From assembly GCF_009914755.1 (NCBI RefSeq), contig NC_060931.1: a DNA stretch of 64,000 nucleotides. One strand, written 5' to 3'. The stretch is from the human T2T-CHM13v2.0 reference genome, Homo sapiens. Positions 1 through 17,860 of this stretch are shown here, in pieces. The notes under the pieces were generated by a model, which saw only the letters and a list, made by a program, of their open reading frames with translations, ran no database searches and was not told where the DNA came from. Every line of letters begins with the position of its first letter. The first letter of the stretch is position 1. A program made the position numbers and the translations under genes.

Positions 1-4783
<4,783 letters not shown>

Positions 4784-5582
4784 ATCATACTGGTGACCAG
4801 GGAAGCGGGGGAAAGCCGGCAGTAACAGGCCTCACCCAGCTCCCACAAAGCCCGAAAGGCCAGTGCCACTCCCAAGGTGCCTCTTCCAGCAGCACTGAGT
4901 TAATTTCCAGGCAGCTGCTGAGCAGTATTGAGAAGCTGCCCCAGGCTATATGCCCTCCCCCTCCCCCGAGGAAGTAAGCAGGGCTTTCAGGTTTCACGCT
5001 TCCCTACCTGCCGTGGTTTCTTTGCTGCTTTCTGCACTGCCTGTTTGCCTCCTCCCCCGATTCTGTCCAGGAAACTTCATGTTTGTTTGAAACTGTTACA
5101 CAGTTCAGCTGGAAGTTTCCTTCTCCTTGGGGTCTTTCCCCAATTCCACTGGCAGCTCTCCCCAAGGGCCTCTGTGAGACAAAGTCAGGAATGGCTTCCC
5201 TGGTGACAGAGAGTGCCCACAGGGCTCTTCTGCTTCTTCCTTTATCCCTATATTTCTCACAGCTCTCTAAATTAATCTCAGCTCCAGGTGAGGTCACATC
5301 CTTCTCTCGTGAATTGGCCCTTTGGGATCCCCAGTGAGGATGTGTGTTCAGAGGCAGACATTCCCTTTCACACATTGGGCACTCAGAGTTTTTTGGCTGT
5401 CTCAGGGGACCAGCAGCTGTAAACTGCTTCCTTTGAAAGGTCTATGGATTCTCTCGGCTTTCCTGGTACGTTCCCGTGGTAGTAGTTCTTCGAGTAAAAG
5501 TTCACGGTGTGAGTCTCCACACACTACTCGGTGTGTCTGAGTGGGAGCTCCAAGTTAGTTATGCGCCCTGTCTGCCATTATT
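4784..5582 (-). mobile_element. 5' end of an older L1 (L1PB/L1PBa-type 5' UTR)
   Basis: Matches the recalled L1PBa 5' UTR (gggaaagccggcag..acaggcctcacccagctccca...gagtgggagct..aagttag..ctgtctgccat), ending at the element 5' terminus. Confidence 0.75.
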
Positions 5583-6869
5583 TTCCCATTTTGAGTTAGT
5601 TTTCATATATTGTGTTATGTAAAAGTCCAACTTCATTCTTTTGCATGTGGATATCCAGTTTTCCCAGCAACATTTGTTAAAAACCTGTCCTTTTCCCATT
5701 GAATGGTCTTGGCTCCCTTCCCAAAAATCCTTTGACCATAAAGTGAGATGCTTTTTTTCCTCTGAATTCTTTATTTCATTGTTCTGTATGTCTGTTTTCA
5801 TGCCAGTACTGCACTATTTTTATTAACGTAGCTTTGTAGTAAGTCTTGAAATCAGTAAGTATGAGTTTTCTAGCTTTGTACCTCTTTTTCAAAACTGTTT
5901 TGGCTATTCAGGGTCCCTTAATATTCCATATGAATTTTAGAATGGATTTTTCTCTTTCTGCAGAAAGCATTGTTGGGATTTCAGTAGGAACTGCATTGAA
6001 TCTGTAGGTCACTTTGGATAGTATTGACATCTTAACAATATTAAGTTTTCTAATTGATGAACATGTAATGTCTTTCTAATTATTTATGTATTCTTTAATT
6101 TCTTAAAGCAGTGTTTTGTAGTTTTTGTCGTACAGATCTTTCACTGTCTTGGTTAATTCCTAAGGTTTCTTTTTTTTGCTGTTGTAAATGGAATTATTAC
6201 TTCAAGAAGTGTTCTAGTTAGTGCGTAAAAATGTAACTCATTTTTGTGTTGACTTTGTATTTGCTTCTTTGCTAAATTAATTTATTAGTTCTAACAGGTT
6301 TTTTTTTTTTTTTGGAATCTTTAGGGTTCCCTGCATATAAGATCATATCATTTGTAAGAAGATAATTTTACTTTTTCTTTCCAGTTTGGTTGTCTTTTGT
6401 TTCTTTTTCTTTCCTAATTGCTCTGGGTAGAACTTCCAGTACTATGTTGAATAGAAGTGATGAAATCAGGAATTCTTGCCTTGTTGTAGATCTTAGAGGA
6501 AAAGCTTTGAGTCCTTTACCATTTGATCTTAAAGGAAAAGCTTTTAGTCCTTTACCATGTGTCTGATGTTCACTGTGGGTTTCTCGTGAGTGTTTATATC
6601 ATGAAAGCATATTGAATTTTGTCAGATACTTTTTCTGCATCAATTGAGAGGACCATGTAGGGTTTTTTTTTCCTCCTTAATTCTGTTAATGAGGTGTATT
6701 GCCTTGATTGATTTCCATATGTACAACTATCCTTGCATTCCAGGATAAATCCCACTTGGTCATGATGTATATAATCTTTTAATATGCTGCTGAATTCAGT
6801 TTGCTAGTATTTTGTTGAGAATTTTTACATCACTGTTAATAATGGATATTGGTTTGTAGTTTTTTTTTT

Positions 6870-7207
6870 CTCTTTTTAGGTTGCTCTCATTTCTATTTCT
6901 AAAAATAATTTTAATTGACACAGTCATTGTACATATTTATGGAGTACATAGTGATGTTACAGTACATATAATGTATCAGGGTAATTAGCATATCCATGAT
7001 CTCAAACACTTCTTTGTGTTGGGAACATTCAGTATCCTCCTCCTAGCTGTTTGAAACTATATTATTATTGTTAATTATAGTCATCCTACAGTACTATAGA
7101 ATACAATAACTTATTTCTCCAACTATTATCATTAGCTGTAATTTTGCATCCTTTAACACATCTCTCCCTATGCCTCCCTTCCCCTTCTTGGTTTCTACTA
7201 TCCTTTG
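6870..7207 (-). mobile_element. L1MA 3'-end fragment nested in the old L1
   Basis: ttttaattgacaca..tgtacatatttatggagtaca..gggtaattagcatatcc typical of L1MA 3' UTR. Flanked by near-duplicated ttggtttgt(a/g)gtttt at ~6849 and ~7208. Confidence 0.7.
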
Positions 7208-8419
7208 TTGGTTTGTGGTTTTCTTGTGTGTCTTTGTCTGGCTTTGGTATCAGGGTAATGCTGGCCTCACAGAATAAGTCAGGAAGTGTTCCCTCCTCTT
7301 CTGTTTTTTTTTTTTTGTTTTTTTGTTTTTTTTTTTGGAAAAGTTTGAGAAGGCTTGGTTTTAGTTCTTTTTCACATGTTGAGCAGAATTCACCAGTGAA
7401 GCCATCATGTCCAGGGCTTTTCTTTGTTGGGAGGTTTTTGATTACTCATTCAATCTCCATACTGATATAGGATTTTCAGATTTTCTGTTTGTTATTCTGT
7501 TTCAGTAAGTTTTGTGTTTCTCACAGTTTTTCCTCATCTAGGTTATGCAGTTGTTGACATTCGGTTGTTTATAGTATCCTCTTATCATCCTTTGTATTTC
7601 TGTGAAACTATTAGCAATGCCCTACTTTCATTTCTGATTTCAGTAATTTGAGTCTTTTCTTTTTTTCTTAGTCTAGCTAGAGATTTATCAGTTTTGTTCC
7701 TTTTTGAAGAACCAACTTTTAGTTTCATTGATTTTTCCATGTTGCTTTCCTGTTTCCCATTTTGTTTATCTCTGTTCTTTATTGTTTTATTTCTTCTGCT
7801 AGCTTTGGGTTTAGTTTGTTCTTTTTCTGGTTTTTAAAGTTGTAAAAATAGGTTCTTGAATTGAGAACTTTCTTTTTGTTTCGTGTGTTAATAACTATAA
7901 ATGTCTTCCTTAGCACTGCTTTATCTGTGTCCCATAAATTTTCTTATGTTGTGTTTTTCGTTTGTCTCTAAGTATTTTCTAATTACTCTTGTGATTGATT
8001 CTTCGCCCCATTGGTTGTTTGATTTCCACGCATTTGTGAATTTTCCATTTTCCTTCTTTTATTGATTTCTAACTTCATTGTATTGTGCTCAGAGAAGATA
8101 CTTTGTATGCTATCTGTCTTTTAAAATCTATTAACACTTTATTTGTGGCCTAACATGGTGTATCCTGGGAAATATCCCCTGTGTACTTGAGAACAATATG
8201 TATTTGGTTATTGTTAGGCAGAATGTTCAGTCTATGTCTGTTAGACCAAGTTGGTTTATTGTGTTGTTCAAGTTCTCCATTCTGTGTGGTTCTGTTAATT
8301 ATTGAGAGTGGGGTACTGAAGTCTCCCAACTGTTATCATAGAACTATTTCTCCTTTCATTTTTTTCACCTTTGGTTCGTTCATCTCAGTGGTCTGTTATT
8401 AGGTATGTAAGTGTTTATA

Positions 8420-8820
8420 TAGCTGACCCCTGAACAACACAGAGGTTAGGGATGCTATCCCCCCCACGGAAATCTGCATGTAACTTTTGACTTTTCTAAA
8501 GTTTACTAATAGACTGCCGCTGGAAGTCTTACTGATAATGTAAGCAGTTGATTAACACATTTTATATATGTATTATTTACTGTGTTCTTATGATAAACTA
8601 CAGAAAATAATGTATTAAGAAAATTATAAAGGAGAGAATTTATTTACAGTTCATTAAGTGGAAGTAGATAATCATGAATGCCTTCATTCTTGTCGTCTTC
8701 ACATTGGGTTGAGGAAAAGGAAGGATTGGTCTTGATGTCTTCTGGGTGGCAGAGGTAGAAGAAGATGCACATATAGATGGACCTATACTGTTCAGACCCA
8801 TGTTGTTCAAGGGTCAACTA
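8420..8820. mobile_element. Tigger2a/MER28-type non-autonomous DNA transposon (TcMar-Tigger)
   Basis: Terminal inverted repeats tagctgacccctgaacaaca ... tgttgttcaagggtcaacta, with TA on both sides (8418-8419, 8821-8822). Confidence 0.85.
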
Positions 8821-9639
8821 TAATTGTTATATCTTTTGCTGTATTGAATCTTTTATTAATATATAATGTCCTTCTTGTCTTTTGTAACCTTTTTTGATTT
8901 AAAGTCAATTTTGTCTGATATTAGTATGGCACTTCTGTTCTCTTTGTTCTTGTATGAATGGAATATCTTTTTTTCATGCCTTCACTTTCACCCTGTTTGT
9001 GTCTTTGGGCCTAAAGTGAGTCTTTAGTAGACAGCATGTAGTTGGATGATGTTTATCAATTCTGCAAATCTCTGCCTTTTGATTAGAGTTTAACCATTTA
9101 CATTTAAAATCATAAGGAGGAACTTCTGTCATTTTGCCATTTTTTTCTATGTGCTTTGTAGCTATTTTGTCCTTATTTCCTGCATTACTGTCTCATTTCT
9201 TTTTGTGTGTATTCTATAAGCTATTTTCTTTGGTTACTGTGATGATTACACTTAATATTTAAAAATTACAATATTTATACCAGCTTAATTTCAGTAACAT
9301 AAAAAAATTATGCTTCTTTACAATTCCATCCCCACCACTTATTGATGTTGCAGAATTATATCTTTATACATTGTGTGTCAAAAAATATAAACTAATTTTT
9401 TAATGTGTTAGTCTCAAGTTATGTAAAAAAATGTGGAGTTCCAAAGTTACAATAATACTAGAATTTATAATTGCCTATGTATTTACTGTCACTGCAATTT
9501 TTATTTTTTCATATAGCTACAAGTTATTATCTAGTATTCTTTTGTTTCGACTGGGAGAATTTTGCTCTACAGAGCAGGTCTTTTGGTAATAAACTCTCTC
9601 AGCTTTTTACTTGAGAATGTTTTATTTAAGAATGTCTTG

Positions 9640-9897
<258 letters not shown>

Positions 9898-10540
9898 AAG
9901 AGAATGTCTCAGCTTTTGTTTTAAAGGACGGTTTTTGTGGATGTAGGATTCATGGTTGGCATTTTTTTTTTTGTTTTATTATCTTAATTATATTGGCCTA
10001 TGCCTTCTGTCCTCCAAAGTGTCTGATGAGAAATCTGATAATTTTATTGAGGACTGCTTATGTGTGATTAGTTACTTCTTTCAGCTTTCAGGATTTTCTC
10101 TTTGCCTCTTAGTGGTTTCATTATAATATATTTTGCTGTGAGTCTCCTTGAAGTCATTCTACTTGGAGTCTTTTTCAGCTTCTTAGATGTTTATATTCAT
10201 GCCTTTTATTAAAATTGGGATTTTCAACCATTGTTTCTTCAAACATTTTTTCTCTCTCCATTACTTGGGACTATGACAGTGTTTATGTAGGCCTACTTGA
10301 TGGTGTCACAAGTCCCTTAGGACCTTCACATTTCTTCAGCCGTTTTTCTTTGTTTTCCTAAGACTCAATAATTTCAATTGTTCTCTCTTCAAGTTCACTG
10401 ATTCTTTTTTTCTTCCTGTCTAGATCTGCCTTTCAGTCTCTCTAGTGGATTTTTAATTTCATTTATTGTACTTTTCGGCTTCAGAATTTTTGTGTGTATC
10501 CTTTTAGGTTTTCATTCTCTGTGTTTCTCTTACTCTGTTG

Positions 10541-10541
<1 letters not shown>

Positions 10542-10573
<32 letters not shown>

Positions 10574-10682
10574 AGGTCTCACTCTGTTGCTCAGGCTGGA
10601 CTCAAACTCCTGGGCTCAAGCAATCCTCCCATCCCAGCTTCCTGGGTAGCTGGGACTGTAGTTGTGCACACTGTGCCTGGCT
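10542..10682 (-). mobile_element. Alu monomer (FLAM)
   Basis: Long T tract followed by a single Alu arm. Confidence 0.85.
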
Positions 10683-11110
10683 CAGATTTTCCATGTCTTT
10701 ATTCATATTTCCATTTTGTTCATACATCATTTTCTTAACTTGGTCCACATTTTCCTTTAGTTCTTTGAGCATTTTTCAGAAAGTTGTTTTATAGTCTTTG
10801 TTTAACAGATCTACCATCGGGTCTTTTTCAGGGACAATTTGTTAGTTTATTTTCTTTCTTTTAGTGGGCCATATTTTTCTGTTTCTTTGTATACCTTGTG
10901 ACTTTTTTGTTGAAAACTGGATGCTTAAATTTAATTTAATGTGGTAATTCTGGAAATTAGGTAGTATCCCTTCCTCAGGGTGTGCTTTTTTTCTTTGTTT
11001 TTTTTTTTTAATTGTTGCAGTCTCTTTGCCAAAGATCAGTCTGAGATTTTGTACAATTAAGGTATTTTCAGGTCTTTTCTGTGCCTGTGCCTTAAGCTGG
11101 ATATGTAATA

Positions 11111-11675
11111 CAATAGTCCCTCTTTATCCCTGCTTCCACTTTCTGAAGTTTCAGTTATGGTCAACAGTGGTCCAAAAATATTAAATGGAAAACTTCAGAA
11201 ATAAACAGTTCATAAGTTTTAAATTACATGCTTTCTGAGTAGCATGATGAAATCTTGTTTCAACCTGCTTGGGACATGAATTATCCCTTTGTCCATCATA
11301 TGCACGTTGTATATGTTACTCACCCGATAGTCACTTAGCAGCTGTCTTGATTATTAGGTTGACTCTCGTGGTATTGCAGTGCTTGTGTTCAGTTCAATAA
11401 AGTTAAGGTTCAATAAAGTTAAAATAAAGGTTCAATAAAGTTAACCTTTATTTTACGTAATGACCCTAGGGCACAAGAATAGTGATGATGGCATATTGTC
11501 ATGATTTTTTTTATTATTTAATATCTTATTGTGCCTAATTTACAAATTAGACTTTCTCATAGGTGTGTATATTTAGGAAAAAACATAGTACGTGTAAGGT
11601 TCAGTACTATCTGCGGTTTCAGGCATCCACTGGGGTTCTGGGAACATATTCCCTGTGGATAAAGGGGGACTACTA
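11111..11675. mobile_element. MER44B-type (Tigger7 family) DNA transposon
   Basis: TIRs caatagtccctctttatcc ... ggataaagggggactacta with TA flanks. Confidence 0.85.
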
Positions 11676-12935
11676 TAGTGAATTTCTATTTTCCCTTGTA
11701 TATGCAGTTTCTTTTGAATGCCTCAGTCCTTGATGTTTGGCTCCTAAAAAAAAAGGAAAAGGACAAAAATGAAGAGGGTTGGGGAGAGCACCAGCCTTTA
11801 AGTTCCTTGGCAGTTACCTCAGCTAGAGGGGGAGGGGCTTGCATCAGTGGGTGGAGGTACAACCACAATGGCTGCCAGCCCCTGCACCTATATCTTCGTG
11901 ATCAGAAGTAGCAGTCAACAGTCAGAACACCCATTCCTGATATTTGGAGGACGGGGTCCTTATTGCCCACCCTAACTCCCACAGCTACATATAAGCTGCT
12001 CCACAAACACGTGCACAGTTGCCTGCCTGTGGGAGTGAGGGTGGGGTGGGGTCGGTAGCTGCTGCTGAGCAAATAACTGAAATTGACTGAAATCAGCCAC
12101 AGTTTACCTTACTGTCCAGGACTTTTTCTTGAAGTTTGAAGTTTTCAGTATACTTTGAGAGCTTCATAATAGTTGTATGAGATAGATTCTACCAGCGTAA
12201 GTGTTCTCTGGGTATACAGACTCATTCTTGGTGCTTTCTACTCTACTGTCATCCAAGAATCCTCTAACTTAATCATGGATTCTTCGTATCTCACAACACA
12301 TCTTGTCTTTCCATTTACTCGTTTTATTTTAGATCCTTTATGGAATTATAGTTTTCTTTATGTAGAGCCTATACATTTATAGTTTTGTTATTCTTTGTTA
12401 CTTATAGCTTTTTTGTTTGCTATTGAAACGTGACCTTCCATTATAAGTCGCATATTATCTGCATATAAAAAGTGATTGACTTCACATACTTTGTAAATGG
12501 CAGCCTTAAGTGAATTTACTGGTTTTTTTGGACAGCATTTTAGTATTTTTTCCGAAGATGGCCATAGTATCTGCAGTTAATGATGACTTTCTCACCTCTT
12601 CTGAAATATTTGTACCTTTATCTTCTTGTGCAGTTGGATTGGCTAGTGCTTCCAGTATTAAATAGTGTTGATAACCTGCACCCTTGTCTTAAATGGATAC
12701 TTTGTGCATATAAGTATAGAAACAGGAGCATGATGCAGAAAGAACAAGCTCTTCAAGAATAATCTGCTTCCAGGTATGTCTTACAGCCTTCTGAACCTTG
12801 TAATGGATAAGGATCAGCCTACTCCTGGGACAGGCAGATAGGACATTCGTGGAGAAAGAATATTGGATGTTCCTAGAAAGTTTTCAGTGTGATAAAGCAG
12901 TATAATTTTCTCCCAACCTTGGGTATTGTAGAACC

Positions 12936-13357
12936 TTTCACTCACGTCCGTGTGAAGAGACCACCAAACAGGCTTTGTGTGAACAATAAAGCTTTTTATT
13001 TCACCTGGGTGCAGGCGGGCTGAGTGCGAAAGGAGAGTCAGCGAAGGGAGATGGGGTGGGGCCGTTTTATAAAACGGCCTATTTATAAAAATAGGATTTG
13101 GGTAGGTAGTGGAAAATTACAGTCAAAGGGAGTTGTTCTCTGGCGGGCAGGGGCGGGGGACACAAGGTGCTCAGTGGGGGAGCTTTTGAGCCAGGATGAG
13201 CCAGGGGAAGGAATTTCACAAGGTAATGTCATCAGTTAAGGGAGGAACAGGCCATTTTCACTTCTTTTGTGATTTTTCAGTTACTTCAGGCCATCTGGAT
13301 GTATACGTGCAGGTCACAGGGGATATGATGGCTTAGCTTGGGCTCAGAGGCCTGACA
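12936..13357 (-). mobile_element. Solo LTR7 (HERV-H LTR, LTR7B-like)
   Basis: Minus strand starts tgtcaggcctctgagcccaagctaagccatcatatcccctgtgacctgcacg and ends ..gagtgaaa. Perfect 5-bp TSD GAACC at 12931-12935 and 13358-13362. Confidence 0.95.
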
Positions 13358-15734
13358 GAACCTGTTGAGGTTGCAAAAAATATTTGTGACTCTTGGAACA
13401 GTAACAAAAAGTTGTTCTGACTTTTTATTTTCTGAACCTGGAATTGTGGGACTATTTTAAAGGGTATAATTTCAACTGGAGACTTGGGGAGCTTGATTTT
13501 GACTTGATTGCGAAGCATCTGTATAGCTCATGTTGTATGTCCAGTTTATGGCTTTGTATTATAGAAATGTATTTAAAGCTTCAAATGATGAGACCATGCA
13601 TAATTTCATGGTGGGCAGATTCTTTTTTTTTTTTTTTTTTTTTGGTTTTAAGGAGCGGAGAGTTTAATAGGCCAGACAGAAGGGAGAAGGCAGAAGGAAG
13701 AAGCTCCCCCGTACAGAGACAGAGGGAGGGAGGCTCCAAAGCCAAGAGAAGGGATCCCCAAGTGCGGTGGACACCAGCCAGGTATATATGCAGAGGCTGG
13801 AGAAGGTGGTGTTCGATTTGCATAGGGCTCCGGGGATTGGGTTGACTAGGCGCATCATTCACATAGCTCATGAAAAAGCTGGCTCTTCCACCCTGGTCTT
13901 TTAATATGCAAATACATGGCGCCATGATGTTCTACGCTCGTCGGGATTCCAGGAACATGTAGGGCAAGGGCAAGAAGGCTGTGGGAATCTCCATGTTTGG
14001 GTGGACCCAGTTTCTAATGGCCTAAATTTGCATATGAAAGGTTGCTGGCCTGGCTTTAACAGCCGTGGCTTTACAAGAAACTTTTCTGGAGATGCTTTAA
14101 AAAATGAAAACTTTCCAAGGACCCCTTTTTCTTCTCTGCCTAAAATAATTTCTTAATAACTCCTACAACATTCCCGCCTGTGGAGATGCCACACTAACTG
14201 CTGTTAGAGGGTTTTGGGCAACAACTCCTTCTGGCTACTTACTGCTGAAAAGGGGCATCATATGGGGAACAGCAACTAGGGCTCCTCCTGGGGTTGATCT
14301 AAGGATCCTCGGAAGAATGGCATGTCCATGTGTGGATCAGTTTGCAGCACCATTTGGAGATTGATTGCTTCTAGGTGAGAGTTACAGTATTGAGTATACA
14401 GGGCCCAGATATCAATACAAGACATATAAACAAGAGAAGGCTTAAAAAAGGAGTTAACCAATTCCTTAAGGAAGACTGGAATGTATTAAAGAAGAATTTG
14501 TAGCCACCCGGGGCTGAAGCTGGCGTTTTCCCTGAGCCTGTCAATAATTTTGATTTGATCTTTAAGTACCTGTAGATTTTTCTCTACTTTACTAGAGGTG
14601 TTAATCACCCCTAAACCCAAAAAAAGTCCTAGCAGACTCAGTGATAGTAAAACTTTCATGCTTCCTTGTCAGTAACTATTATTCCTGCTCTAAGGATAAT
14701 AATTAAGCAAAATACAACAGCAATGGAAACTCTGTCCAATATTTCAGTTAGAAGGTGCTACCGTGTGTATCCCTATTGCAAACAGTAGAGTGAGTATAGC
14801 AGTTCCCACAAGTGTGGTGTAGTAGATAATTTCCATCTAAAATTTTACTTGCCAAGATAATTTCCCTTTGGTGGTCTATGAAGCTTTGGTTTTATTTTCC
14901 TAAACAAAGAAACCTTCGGGTTATGGATACCCTACTTACTTTTATTACCTGGCAGAATTTGCAGGATAATTTCCCACAATTAGTATAGTGATTCAGATTT
15001 TTACATTACCCATCCCTTTTTCTTTCTTCCAAGCTGCAGAAGATTACCACTTGAGTCACAGGAATAAGCAGGGTTAATTTAAAATGTAGGCAAAAAGCTT
15101 AAAAACAATTAATGAGACTAGGATTTAATGACAAATGTATGATAAGCTTTGGAGCAAAATTTTCTCTCCAGTTCTCATTTTTGGTAAAAGCTAATTGTGA
15201 ATGAACTTTAGTCTTATACTTGGCCTGATTATTTGCATGAAGTGTTAGCAAGAATGGTTATTTCTACATAGGTCTTTTGGATGGCTTTGATAAAACTCAG
15301 TTCCACAAGGAATCTTAGATAAGACCTTTAAAGCCTAGGCCAGCAATGGGTTTCTATCCTCAAATACCTGTGAGTTAGGTGATCCTCTCTTCTTGAGGTC
15401 CCAAGAAACTCGGAGCTTCCAGACCTGTTAGAAAGTGACGTTCTTTACTGACCACAGGTTAGGAGCCCTGTGCGGGGACTGTGTAGACAAGGTATGATGC
15501 CAGTTCTCCCAGGGGCTTTTTATTGGCTCTGCGTGTCAAGCTTGATTCCTTAAAGGGAAACACACCCTTTCAGTCAAAGCCTTGGTATAATAACCAGTTT
15601 TTCCAATTGTGTCCTGTTGAGAAAGAAAAATGGATTCTTACTGCACTAATGCAAACAACTATATTGCCATAAGTTAAGAGTAATTACAGTTAGTCTCCAA
15701 ATTATAGAGGAACCAGGTGGGGAAAAATGAACAT

Positions 15735-16130
15735 TGTTACTTATGTCCGTATAAGAGACCACCTGAGCAGGCTTAGTGTGATCAACAAGGCTGTTTATTC
15801 ACTTGGGTCCAAGTGGGCTGAGTCAGAGAAAGGAGTCATTGAAGGATAGTGGGATTAGCATTGGTTTTTAAAGGTTTGGGATAAGTGGTGGAGTCAGGAG
15901 CAATTTTTTGTGGGTAAGGGATGGATGTTGCAAAGTACATTCACAAGGGCGGGGAGGAATGTTTCAGAGTACATTCACAAGGGAGGGGAGGGTGTATTGT
16001 CACAAGGGCTGGGAGGAATGTTACAAAGTACATTCACAAGGACAGGGAATATCACAAAGTACATTATCACAAAGGCAGGGGAATGTCACGATGGCTTGAC
16101 CATGGTGCAGCCAGCTCAGAGGACCTTACA
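15735..16130 (-). mobile_element. Solo LTR of the HERV-H/F group (LTR21-like) nested in the ERV
   Basis: TG..CA termini (minus tgtaaggtcctctgagc...aagtaaca), aacat repeated on both sides, U5 resembling LTR7 (aagagaccacc..caggctt..tgtga), internal tandem gtacattcacaaggg repeats. Confidence 0.75.
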
Positions 16131-17860
16131 AAACATGCTCCAAATTTTGTTTACAGTAGTATACCTTACTCAATTATTAAAAGGTCATAAATAGTTTAGA
16201 ATAAGTTTCCTTGACTCTGAAAAACCAAACAAGGATCAACAATATTCCAAGCAAAAGTTAAAAAGTTGCTTAAACTTTTTGAGTGCAGTCCACTTAGTTA
16301 ACTCTTGTTTTGCTTGATATTTGTGAGCATGTCAGTTCTTTAGGAGTCCCATATCTTCTTTCTCAATTTCAGTGTTACAATCTTCAAAGCTATTAAAAAC
16401 CTGCAGTTAAAGTCCTTAATATAGCTTGATTATAAACCGTCTTTTGAGAAGGAACAAAGCAAGACAACAATTGTCTGCAAATGACAAAATTTTCAGGATA
16501 GCTACAGTTAAAAACATGACTGATAATTTATTTCCATGGTTTACAGTAACTTTAGCCTTAATTGTGATTGACAGCATGTACTTCGGCATTAGAATTTTAG
16601 AAATCCCATACAATTTTGGAACGTATATTAGTATTATTTACCGAAATATAATTTAAAGAAGATTGGACATCATTTTGGCAATCTTATGTGACTAAACATG
16701 TCAGATGATTCCGTCTACCTTTTCTCTGAATGTTTCAGGGGCCCTCTGAGCCATCCAGAAAGCCAGGCATCAGGAAGGACAATTTCCAGATTGGCATAAA
16801 TATTTTGCCAAAATGGTGACTTAAAAGGCAAAAATCTTTCATTAGCCTTTACTGTGACATGAAAATTTTGTTTAAATCCAAATTTTACCCTTGCACTAGT
16901 TTATTAATGTTAACCCCAATTAGTTTAAATGAAACCTTATGGATTATTTCATCTAATTTTATCCACTTTGACCATGAGGTAAAAATCTTTACAAACCTTT
17001 TATAACCTTTTTACTAAAGGGCAGATTAGTGCCTTAAGACCCTCTTGCTATGCGTTTATTTCAATGCTTAATTTATGAAAAGAACATATAAATATCATGG
17101 GAGAAGACACTGTAGTTCTTCTACCATGCATTTCATTGCAAGGCAACCCAAAGCCAATTGGCTTATTTTGTAATCAGTCCATCCCTGATGGGAGGCTCAT
17201 CTCCCAGTGGGGGGTAGGGATGTTTCCTTATCTTCCAGGTGGCCAAGAGCATGCTTTCTAATTTATAACTACTATTAGCCATCCCTACAGTGTATTTTCT
17301 ACTTAGTTATTACACACCAAAGCTTTTCATAATGTGAAGTAATTTGATACCCCCCAAACTTAAAACACAGTAGATAACACAATGCAAAACAGAATAGAGC
17401 CTTTGATTTTGAGAGGGATCCATCTCCTTTTAATTCCTGGGATTTCATGAGGAAAAAAAGGTTTTTTTCCCAAAACAGGGTCTGTGGCATCTCCTGTTTT
17501 TCCCAAGGAGTTCCATGCTACCAGAAGTTATCTTAGGACCTCTCATGCATGCATTAAGAGTGGTAAGACAAAAAATGGAGAAAAATAATTCAGTCGACTG
17601 AGGAGAGCCTTTTTCCAGAAAAACAAGATCCAAGAAGAGAAAAACATAAAAGCCTTTTAAGTATACCTATAACTTGAATATCCACTTTTAATTAAGCTGA
17701 GCACTCTTTAAGGAAATCCTTTTAAATCCCCTGTTACTTGACTTTAGCCATGCCAAGCAGTTAAGATTTTCGGCTTTCGAACTTTCGAAAGTAACCTCAC
17801 AGGTGAAACCAACAAGGCTTAATCAGGTAATGACTCAACTGAGGGTGTACAGAGTATTTT

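Noticed and set aside
13950-13975. p53 response element in the MER61-type LTR
   Set aside because: Some MER61 subfamilies carry p53 sites, but here only degenerate half-sites (gaacatgtag, gggcaagggc) are visible.
15925-16085. CRISPR-like repeat-spacer array
   Set aside because: Degenerate adjacent LTR tandem repeats with no unique spacers, in eukaryotic DNA.
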